Assembly: GCA_035567275.1 (NCBI GenBank)
Contig: DATMQC010000172.1
Coordinates: 1 to 34,102, forward strand
Length of the DNA: 34,102 nucleotides
From: Chthoniobacterales bacterium
GTDB taxonomy: Bacteria; Verrucomicrobiota; Verrucomicrobiia; Chthoniobacterales; JAFAMB01
Direction of reading: 5' to 3'
Shown: positions 1 to 7,174 of the stretch, piece after piece
How positions within the stretch are numbered: the stretch's first letter is position 1
How the letters are laid out: each line of letters begins with the position of its first letter
Program-made: the position numbers and the translations under genes
The notes under the pieces: generated by a model
Databases searched by the model: none
What the model saw: only the letters and a program-made list of their open reading frames with translations
Told to the model about the DNA's origin: nothing

Positions 1-212
1 CAGGCGGATTTCAGGTGGCAACAATGGACCTCAACTCGGGGATGACACGCATTGCGATCGACGAGGGCGAGAGTCCTTGTTGGGGTCCCGATTCACGGCA
101 TATCATCTTTTCAAGAGGGTCCGGTCTATACCTTTTTGACACGGTTACCGGCAAAGAAACACGCCTTGTTGGAGATCTGGGAAGGATCTCCGAACCTGCC
201 TGGTCCCATTAA
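1..212 (+). CDS. tolB: TolB C-terminal fragment (5' end lies outside the window; reading frame starts at nt 3)
   Basis: The ORF is open to the left edge. Its tail (GESPCWGPDSRHIIF...LYLFDTVTGKETRLV...ISEPAWSH) resembles the last beta-propeller blades of TolB, and it sits directly upstream of pal as in tol-pal clusters. Confidence 0.7.
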   Translation, partial: GGFQVATMDLNSGMTRIAIDEGESPCWGPDSRHIIFSRGSGLYLFDTVTGKETRLVGDLGRISEPAWSH

Positions 213-229
213 GATATAACTATTCTGCG

Positions 230-721
230 ATGAAGAAGACTTTCTCCCTTATCTTTGTTTTTGCGCTGACTCTTACCGCCTGCCAGCAGCACAAGCAGGA
301 ATATGCTGGGGTCGAAGGCGACATCGTGAACGGAACCCCACTTCCTCCGCGTCAAGAGGGTATTTCATTCTTCAGCAATAACGTGGAGAAGGGACAGTTT
401 CAGCCGATCTACTTTGGGTTCGACAGCTTCGAAATTTCTCCGTCAGAGGCGGCAAAACTGCGCCACCTTGCCGGATTCATGAAAGGCGCCCGCAATAACA
501 TCATTCTCGCCGGTTTCACTGATGAACGAGGCACCCCGGAGTACAATCGCGGTCTCGGAGAACGCCGCGCCCAGGCCACCCGAAACTTTCTGCTTTCCCT
601 TGGCGTCTCCTCAGCGCGCATTCAAACGGTGAGCTTCGGTCAGGAAATGCCGGCAGATCCGGGTCATAACGAATCTGCATGGGCTAAGAACCGCCGGGCT
701 GAGACTGGTGTTGTCCGTTAG
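230..721 (+). CDS. pal: Peptidoglycan-associated lipoprotein (OmpA-C-like domain)
   Basis: It has a signal peptide with lipobox LTLTAC and an OmpA-like domain (IYFGFDSFEI, LAGFTDERGTPEYNRGLGERRA, NRRAE). It follows tolB. Confidence 0.88.
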   Translation: MKKTFSLIFVFALTLTACQQHKQEYAGVEGDIVNGTPLPPRQEGISFFSNNVEKGQFQPIYFGFDSFEISPSEAAKLRHLAGFMKGARNNIILAGFTDERGTPEYNRGLGERRAQATRNFLLSLGVSSARIQTVSFGQEMPADPGHNESAWAKNRRAETGVVR

Positions 722-863
722 ATCGGTGCCTGTTCGCCAAACGCGGCGCAGAAAAGGGCCGCTGCCCGTCGATCTTGAGGGAAAAATAGGTCGGAATGAG
801 ATGAATCCCGTCCGGTCCGGCATGCGCTGAAGGCGAAAGGCTTTTGCCTTTCCTTATCCGCTG

Positions 864-955
864 GAATCCTTGAAAAACAAAACCGTTTACAGATGAGTCA
901 AGTTTTTTCCATATCCGCGCATTAATCATTAGGTGGTTTTGCTTTTCAAGGATTC
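864..955. repeat. Long-stem hairpin element, copy 1 (21-nt inverted arms, 50-nt loop)
   Basis: The arms are GAATCCTTGAAAAACAAAACC (864-884) and GGTTTTGCTTTTCAAGGATTC (935-955), with 20/21 positions complementary. It is homologous to 29066-29159. Confidence 0.8.
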
Positions 956-1105
956 TATAGAGCGGGACCACAAACCTAAATGTACCGGATTCTCACACCA
1001 CTTACTAGATGCACGCACGAATGAAAAACCGAAACGCAGCATGCTCGTCGGGCGCGGGGGATTTGCCCCCCGGACCTTTGAGAAGATTTCGGTCCAGCGA
1101 GAGCG

Positions 1106-1184
1106 AGGCCGCCTCGCCGGATCGGCGCTCCCAGCACGACCTTAATACCCTTACGTCTCGCTGGTCTGAGGTGCGGCCTCGCTC
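1106..1184 (+). repeat. ~80-nt intergenic module, copy 1 (core GGTCTGAGGTGCGGCCTCGCT)
   Basis: It aligns by hand with 29166-29245 (+) and with the reverse complement of 14902-14963. It ends 37 nt before the ECF sigma start codon. Confidence 0.7.
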
Positions 1185-1221
1185 GCTTGGGGTTTGATCC
1201 GATCTCACCGTGTAGAGGTGC

Positions 1222-1809
1222 ATGGAAGACCAGAACTTGCCCGACGACGAAACGTTGGTCCGCCGGGCTCAGAACGGCGAGACTCGGGCCTTCGATCTGC
1301 TCTGGCAGAAGTATAGCCCCCGCATCTACTCTCTGATTTACAATATGACCGCGAATCACGAAGATTCGAACGATTTGCTCCTTGAAGTCTTCGCTAAGGC
1401 ATATCGCTCCATCAATGGGTTCCGGGGCAAATCAAGCTTTTACACCTGGATACACGCAATCGCCGTCAATATGACCATCAATTTCGTGAAAAAGCGCGGC
1501 CGCCGCTTTCAACTTAGTCTGGATGATCTGGATACAAATGTACAAAATGATAAAGAATTGATTGACTTGGCGGCAACAAATTCGCCAATTCGAGAGGTAG
1601 ATCTCTCGGAACTTCAACAGAGATTGAACGAAGCTATGATGAAGCTGTCTGTTGAGCATAGAGCAGTCGTCACCATGTTCGACATCCAAGGTATGCCGCA
1701 CGCGGAGATTGCCAAAATACTCGGGATTCCCGAGGCGACAGTGCGCTCTCGGCTGTTTTATGCACATCGGCAGTTGCAGAATTACCTCGAGGAGTTTAGA
1801 AAGAAATGA
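1222..1809 (+). CDS. ECF-type RNA polymerase sigma factor (sigma-70 regions 2 and 4)
   Basis: Region 2 is AFDLLWQKYSPRIYSLIYNMT...FYTWIHAIAVN. Region 4 HTH is HRAVVTMFDIQGMPHAEIAKILGIPEATVRSRLFYA. The ATG is preceded by GAGGTG. Confidence 0.92.
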   Translation: MEDQNLPDDETLVRRAQNGETRAFDLLWQKYSPRIYSLIYNMTANHEDSNDLLLEVFAKAYRSINGFRGKSSFYTWIHAIAVNMTINFVKKRGRRFQLSLDDLDTNVQNDKELIDLAATNSPIREVDLSELQQRLNEAMMKLSVEHRAVVTMFDIQGMPHAEIAKILGIPEATVRSRLFYAHRQLQNYLEEFRKK

Positions 1810-2300
1810 TGCTCGACGAACAGCAGCTACAAAAATTGCTTCGGATTAAACGTTTTGAGCAGCCACCCCCCGGGTATTTTGACAGGGCGTTGATCGAATT
1901 CCATCGGCGCCAGCGCGAGGAACTTTTGCGGCGCTCGGCCACCTTGATCTGGTGGGAACGTTTTGTTTCCGGGCTTGGGAATTTTCGGGTTCCGAGTTAT
2001 GCCTACGGTGCGGCGTTCGGTGCCTTTGTGGTCGTTGCGACGATTGTTGGTTCCGGTTTGTGGGCCCCTTACCAGGATACCGCCGACTTGAGCGCGAATA
2101 GAGTGGTCCTATCCGGACCCGAGGCTCAGGAAGTGGCGGTTAACCGGCTTGCGCTCAGCGGAAATCTTGATTGGTCGACGTTCCATCACACCGCTTCATC
2201 GCCCAAGGTCGTCCCGGTCATTCGACCGTCTCAGACCGCTCTACCTCGCTATGTTTTGGATGGACGACCTGTAAGCTACGAAGCTTCGTTCAGCTTTTAA
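1806..2300 (+). CDS. Putative single-pass anti-sigma factor
   Basis: Its start overlaps the sigma-factor stop (ATGA). It has a cytoplasmic helical N-terminus, one hydrophobic span (YAYGAAFGAFVVVATIVGSGLW) and no HxxxCxxC zinc motif. The assignment rests on position and topology only. Confidence 0.55.
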   Translation: MMLDEQQLQKLLRIKRFEQPPPGYFDRALIEFHRRQREELLRRSATLIWWERFVSGLGNFRVPSYAYGAAFGAFVVVATIVGSGLWAPYQDTADLSANRVVLSGPEAQEVAVNRLALSGNLDWSTFHHTASSPKVVPVIRPSQTALPRYVLDGRPVSYEASFSF

Positions 2301-2305
2301 AAGCA

Positions 2306-3358
2306 ATGGTCGAAATCGTTGGACGTAGGCCTATTCGGAGACTGGGCGCAGAAGCTCTGAAAGCTGGCGTGATCTTTTTCCTGCTCAGTGCTTCAAGACT
2401 CTTCGCTCAGCAGGGTCTCAATTCCATTTCCACCGAAGTTACAAGGGTCTTCGACCAGGCAAAAAACGCTGTCGTACGGATCCAAGCCGAAGATGAACAT
2501 GGCCGGCTGGCCGGTACGGGTTTTTTTATTGATCCGGCCGGAACAATTGTGACCGCGTATGAAGTGGGTGGCGAATCCTGGGACCTTATTGTCGAGTTCG
2601 GCTCTAGCCGGTATCCGGCCCAGCGGCTGGTCGCCGACCCTCGTAGCGGAATCGCCCTTCTTAAGGTTTCCGCCGATACTCCCTGGCTGTCGACCGGGGA
2701 TTCCGACGGACTCAAACTGGCTTCACCGGTGGTCACGATCGGCTATCCGATGGATCTTTCTGTCACCCCATCGTTCGGAATGATTGGGGGATTCGATCTT
2801 AAATATCTGAATCAATATTTCAGCACGACCCTTATTCGGGTAAATATCGCCGCGCAGCGCGGGGAGGCAGGATCCCCTGTATTGAATTTGCAAGGAGAGG
2901 TCGTGGGCATCTTGATCTTTCCGATCGACAACCGCACCGCGTGCTATGCCCTGCCGATCAAGGCAGCAGAAAAGGTGCGCACGGACTATGTTCGATTCGG
3001 CGAAGTGAGGCCCGGATGGGTAGGAGTAAGCGTTATAGAGGCGGATGAGCCGCTGCATAATTCAACCGCAGTTATTCAAAGCTTTGCCGACGGTTCGCCC
3101 GCAATGGATTCCGGACTTCAGCAAGGGGATGTTCTCCTGCGCATCGGCACCGTCGAAATCCGTTCGCCTCCGGATGTTGTAAATGCGTCCTTTTTTCTCA
3201 CTGCCGAGCAGGACGTGCCGATCACTGTGCTCCGGGATGGAAAAGAGATTACTGTGACGGTCACAGCGGCCGATCACCCGGGTATTGTGCAGCAGAAATT
3301 TCCTTTGTTCGCACCGGCAACTCTGGAAAATACTCTTCGGACAAGAGACAGAGAGTGA
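2306..3358 (+). CDS. HtrA/DegS-like trypsin-fold protein with C-terminal PDZ domain; catalytic triad positions substituted (predicted inactive)
   Basis: I chose the ATG at 2306, 6 nt after the anti-sigma stop; the ORF-track start at 2171 would overlap that gene. It has an N-terminal signal/anchor and aligns to DegS over GTGFFIDPAGTIVTAYEV, SGIALLKV and GEAGSPVLN. The PDZ region is GWVGVSV...GDVLLRIG. Confidence 0.8.
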   Translation: MVEIVGRRPIRRLGAEALKAGVIFFLLSASRLFAQQGLNSISTEVTRVFDQAKNAVVRIQAEDEHGRLAGTGFFIDPAGTIVTAYEVGGESWDLIVEFGSSRYPAQRLVADPRSGIALLKVSADTPWLSTGDSDGLKLASPVVTIGYPMDLSVTPSFGMIGGFDLKYLNQYFSTTLIRVNIAAQRGEAGSPVLNLQGEVVGILIFPIDNRTACYALPIKAAEKVRTDYVRFGEVRPGWVGVSVIEADEPLHNSTAVIQSFADGSPAMDSGLQQGDVLLRIGTVEIRSPPDVVNASFFLTAEQDVPITVLRDGKEITVTVTAADHPGIVQQKFPLFAPATLENTLRTRDRE

Positions 3359-3490
3359 CGAATTTCTCGCCAAATAGTAGTTGGCGAAGTCACAAACCTG
3401 ACGTACAGATCCGCGGTTCTGACCATTAAGCGCCACCGTGGAAAGTTATTGGCTTTCTCTCCGCACACGATTAGTGTGCGCATCTTACGC

Positions 3491-3787
3491 ATGCCGACAG
3501 ACGAGCCAGACAGGGGGGATCCCTCTTTTGAGGAGGCGATGGAAAGATTGGAAAAGATCGTCGAGGAGATGGAGTCATCCAAGTTGCCGCTAGAGGAGTT
3601 GATCGTTCGATACGAAGAAGGGATTCGCCTAGTTGGCGTGTGCAATCGACGACTCGCTGCCGCAGAGAACCGAATCGAAACTCTCAATCGCTCTGGTAAC
3701 GGCAAAATTCTCGCGATGGCCCCGGAAGCTCAGGCTGCGCCCAAGGATATACATAAAATCAAAAATGATGAAACCAGACTCTTTTGA
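3491..3787 (+). CDS. xseB: Exodeoxyribonuclease VII small subunit
   Basis: SFEEAMERLEKIVEEMESSKLPLEELIVRYEEGIRL is typical XseB. The start is taken at ATG 3491; the ORF-track start at 3449 is a TTG. Confidence 0.85.
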   Translation: MPTDEPDRGDPSFEEAMERLEKIVEEMESSKLPLEELIVRYEEGIRLVGVCNRRLAAAENRIETLNRSGNGKILAMAPEAQAAPKDIHKIKNDETRLF

Positions 3788-5693
3788 AGCATCATCAAGA
3801 ACCAGGTTGCTGGACGCCATTAATTCGCCCGCCGACCTCAAACGTCTTGAAGAAGGGCGACTTCCCCAACTCGCTCAAGAGATACGCGATGAGCTGATTA
3901 CGATTCTTTCACAGACCGGTGGACATCTCGGTCCTAATCTGGGTGTGGTAGAGTTGACGATCGCGCTGCACCGGGTTTTCAATACGCCGAAAGACAAGCT
4001 GGTCTTCGACGTAAGCCACCAGGGATATGTTCACAAGCTCCTTACCGGGCGGCGCGACCGCTTCAATACGATACGACAATATCAGGGCTTGAATGGATTT
4101 CTCCTGAGGAGCGAGAGCGAACACGACTGTTACGGCGCCGGCCATGCGGGGACCGCACTTTCAGCAGCCCTCGGCATGGCGGTTGCGCGGGATCGAAAAG
4201 GCACGAAGGAAAACGTCGTCGTTGTCGCAGGAGACGCAGCGTTCACGTGCGGAACGAGCTACGAAGCCCTGAACAACGTCGCCGAGAACACCAAACGCTT
4301 CATCGTCGTTCTCAATGACAACGAATGGTCCATTGCGAAAAATGTTGGGGCAATCGCCAATTACTTAAACAAGCTGGTCACGAGCGATACCTACAGCCAT
4401 CTGCATGAGAAGGCGGCGAAGTTCGTTGAGATTATCGGCGGCAAGTATGCTCAGCAGCTCGCGCACAAAGTTGAGGAAGGCGTGAAACATCTCGTTCTTC
4501 CCAGCGTCGTCTTTGAGGACCTCGGATTGCGTTATTATGGGCCGATTGACGGTCACGATATTCCTCTGCTGATTCAAACATTCGAGTTTTTGAAGCGACA
4601 GAACGAGCCAGTTCTTCTTCATATCATCACCCAGAAAGGGAAAGGCTACGCGCCCGCCATCGCAAAGCCGGACAAGTTTCATGGTCTTAGCAAATTTAAA
4701 CTCGAGACCGGAGAGACAGCAGCGGCGCCGACCCCTACGTACTCAGAACTTCTCGGTCAAACGTTGGCGAAATTCGCGGATCAAAATAATAAGATCATGG
4801 CGATCACTGCAGCGATGCCTTCGGGCACCGGCCTGTTTCACTTTGCCGCTAAGCATCCCTCTCAATATTTCGATGTCGGCATCGCCGAAGAGCACGCAGC
4901 GTTGTTCGCGTGCGGACTTGCAACCCAAGGATTTAAGCCGTTTCTGACTATTTATTCGACCTTCATGCAACGGGCCTACGATATGCTCATTCACGATATT
5001 GCGTTGCAGAATCTGAACGTCGCGCTCTGCATGGATCGCGCGGGGCTTTCTGGTGATGACGGGCCAACACACCATGGTCTCTTTGATATCGGCTATTTGC
5101 GGCATATCCCGAACATGGTCCATATGCAGCCGAAAGATGAAGAAGAGTTTGTGAACATGCTCTGGACAATGGCAAACTACCATCAAGGTCCGATTGCCAT
5201 CCGCTATCCCCGCGGGACCGGCACCGGCGCAAAGCCCAACCCGCAACCAAAACTGCTCGAGATCGGAAAGGCCGAGGTAGTCCAACATGGCCGCGATGTC
5301 GCACTTTTCGGCCTTGGAAATATGTTCGCCCTTGCGGAGGAAACATCGCGTCTTCTCAGGACAGAAGGCATCTCAGTCGCCTTGATTAATCCTCGCTGGA
5401 TTAAACCGATGGACACTGGAACCCTCGAATTCTTCGCCAGGAGCGTCGACGTTATCTGCACATTTGAAGATCACGTCCTCCACAACGGGTTCGGCTGCGC
5501 AGTCATCGAGCATTTATCGGAGGCGAGAATTACGACGCCGGTCGTTCGTATCGGATGGCCGGATCAGTTTGTGGAGCATGGCACGATTCCGATCTTACGA
5601 AAAAAAAATGGCCTGACCGCGGCCGCCGCCGTCGAGAAATTAAGGCCGTTCTTGAAAATTGCTCGCTCCGCCAGCCCGAAGACTGCCGCGTAG
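3765..5693 (+). CDS. dxs: 1-deoxy-D-xylulose-5-phosphate synthase
   Basis: The N-terminus LLDAINSPADLKRL, then GGHLGPNLGVVELTIALH, the TPP motif GDAAFTCGTSYEALNN and IAEEHA are typical. The start is taken at ATG 3765, which overlaps the xseB end by 23 nt. Confidence 0.95.
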   Translation: MMKPDSFEASSRTRLLDAINSPADLKRLEEGRLPQLAQEIRDELITILSQTGGHLGPNLGVVELTIALHRVFNTPKDKLVFDVSHQGYVHKLLTGRRDRFNTIRQYQGLNGFLLRSESEHDCYGAGHAGTALSAALGMAVARDRKGTKENVVVVAGDAAFTCGTSYEALNNVAENTKRFIVVLNDNEWSIAKNVGAIANYLNKLVTSDTYSHLHEKAAKFVEIIGGKYAQQLAHKVEEGVKHLVLPSVVFEDLGLRYYGPIDGHDIPLLIQTFEFLKRQNEPVLLHIITQKGKGYAPAIAKPDKFHGLSKFKLETGETAAAPTPTYSELLGQTLAKFADQNNKIMAITAAMPSGTGLFHFAAKHPSQYFDVGIAEEHAALFACGLATQGFKPFLTIYSTFMQRAYDMLIHDIALQNLNVALCMDRAGLSGDDGPTHHGLFDIGYLRHIPNMVHMQPKDEEEFVNMLWTMANYHQGPIAIRYPRGTGTGAKPNPQPKLLEIGKAEVVQHGRDVALFGLGNMFALAEETSRLLRTEGISVALINPRWIKPMDTGTLEFFARSVDVICTFEDHVLHNGFGCAVIEHLSEARITTPVVRIGWPDQFVEHGTIPILRKKNGLTAAAAVEKLRPFLKIARSASPKTAA

Positions 5694-5776
5694 CCTGAGA
5701 AGACACGTGGGAGGGACGAATTCCTCCTCAAGCGCTTCCACCGCCCGTCCCTGAGAGGCCGCGAGCGTGCGGCGGC

Positions 5777-5816
5777 TGAACTTCGCACCAATCCATGAAT
5801 TTTTGTGCGAAGTTCA
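5777..5816. terminator. Perfect 12-bp stem-loop downstream of dxs (possible terminator or attenuator; no trailing T-run)
   Basis: TGAACTTCGCAC (5777-5788) pairs with GTGCGAAGTTCA (5805-5816) around a 16-nt loop. Confidence 0.3.
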
Positions 5817-5890
5817 CGTAGCTATCCTGGGAATAAAGAATGAGTTCCCTTTTGTTGCACGTTTCGTTTTTCCAACCGATGATCTTTCGA

Positions 5891-6910
5891 ATGGGTGTTG
5901 CGATCTCTGCTGACGGCCTCTCAAAGACTTATCGTACCTACAAAAAGCAAGAGGGTATTTTCGGGGCTCTGAAGGGGCTGATAGCAAGAGAGTACGAGAA
6001 AACCCATGCTGCCAAAAGTGTAACGTTCGAAATCGAGGAAGGAGAATTCGTTGGATTCCTGGGTCCAAACGGAGCCGGAAAGACAACGGTTCTCAAGATG
6101 CTTTCGGGTTTGCTCGTGCCGACTTCGGGTACCGCTCGGGTGCTGGGTTATATCCCTTGGGAACGAAAGGCGCCCTTCAAACGCCAGTTCAGCCTGGTCC
6201 TCGGACAGAAAAATTCGTTGTGGTGGGATCTGCCCGCACATGAATCGCTTGAGCTCAACCGGGCTATCTACGAAATCGACGATGTTTCCTTTAAAAAAGT
6301 GGTCGATCAACTCGCTGACCTGCTGGAAGTGCGCGACAAGCTGAACGTCATGGTTCGCGAACTCAGCCTTGGCGAGCGCATGAAGATGGAGCTGATCGCG
6401 GCACTGATTCATCGACCCAAGGTGCTTTTCCTTGACGAACCAACCATCGGTCTTGACGTGGTAAGCCAGAAAAGAGTTCGCGACTTTCTGCGGTTCTACA
6501 GCGAAGAAAACAAAATTTCGACGATCCTGACCAGCCACTATATGCAGGATATCGAAGAGCTTTGCCGGCGGGTGATCATCATCGACCATGGCCAGGTATT
6601 CTTTGATGGAGAACTATCGGAAATCATCGAAAAATTCGCCGGTTATAAGCTCTTACAATTCATCTTTCCCGAGCCCCCCTCTTGTACGTTTGATCTCGGA
6701 GAGGTAGTCGAGCGGACCAGGACATCGGTAAGATTGAAAGTCCAGCGAGACAAGGTCACGGAGGTGTGTCGACGGATCTTATCGAACTGCGAAGTCCAAG
6801 ATTTCAGCGTTGAAGAGGAGCCTATCGAAGAAATCATTCGCCAGGTTTTCCATGATCATTCGGCAGCCGAGCAGCGAGCAGGCCGCGAAATCGCTCCCGC
6901 CGTCCCCTAG
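5891..6910 (+). CDS. ABC transporter ATP-binding protein (resembles the uncharacterised ABC-2 ATPase group, COG4586-like)
   Basis: Motifs present are Walker A GPNGAGKTT, signature LSLGERMK, Walker B VLFLDEPT and H-loop TSHYM. The start is ambiguous (ATG 5879 or 5891; the ORF-track start is 5840). Confidence 0.85.
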   Translation: MGVAISADGLSKTYRTYKKQEGIFGALKGLIAREYEKTHAAKSVTFEIEEGEFVGFLGPNGAGKTTVLKMLSGLLVPTSGTARVLGYIPWERKAPFKRQFSLVLGQKNSLWWDLPAHESLELNRAIYEIDDVSFKKVVDQLADLLEVRDKLNVMVRELSLGERMKMELIAALIHRPKVLFLDEPTIGLDVVSQKRVRDFLRFYSEENKISTILTSHYMQDIEELCRRVIIIDHGQVFFDGELSEIIEKFAGYKLLQFIFPEPPSCTFDLGEVVERTRTSVRLKVQRDKVTEVCRRILSNCEVQDFSVEEEPIEEIIRQVFHDHSAAEQRAGREIAPAVP

Positions 6911-7174
6911 CCCTCCGCGAGCGGGATTAGCGGCAATAAATCACAAAATCTGTTCATAACATGTGAATAACACGTTATGGCTATTAGATACTTTGTCCAA
7001 AACCCTCGCTATTCTTTTTGCGGTTTTTCGGGCTAACTAAACCTTTACGGCTCCGGGACGAATGTTATTCTCATGGTCGCGTTCACAAAAACTCAGATTT
7101 TCAAATTCCATTGGAAAGCGTGATGAAGAACTTTTTGGTTTTGCCAGTTCATTGAGTATTGGGCTCACGGGCAA

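Noticed and set aside
893-925. A mini-ORF in the hairpin loop: MSQVFSISAH in copy 1, with a related MSPVFSVSPH... in copy 2 (from 29096).
   Set aside because: All differences between copies are non-synonymous (Q/P, I/V, A/P). The stop codon is not conserved, since copy 2 reads on for 70 more codons. The similarity is explained by nucleotide conservation.
1022-1049. An ECF-like promoter pattern, TGAAAAAC-N16-CGTC, about 170 nt upstream of the ECF sigma gene.
   Set aside because: It is a short degenerate motif found by eye in 500 nt of spacer and cannot be distinguished from chance without TSS data or orthologous alignments. I mention it only as a testable idea: it would put the 80-nt module in the sigma mRNA leader.
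2171-2305. The ORF-track start of the HtrA-like gene at 2171, adding 45 residues.
   Set aside because: This extension overlaps the anti-sigma ORF by 130 nt in another frame. ATG 2306 follows that gene's stop by 6 nt and precedes a plausible signal/anchor sequence.
3633-3764. The ORF-track start of dxs at 3633, and similar long upstream extensions for rpsM, rplO, rplF, rpsJ, rpsG, fusA, phhB and the reductase.
   Set aside because: The extensions overlap upstream genes or use non-ATG codons. Internal ATGs give N-termini that match the conserved family starts.
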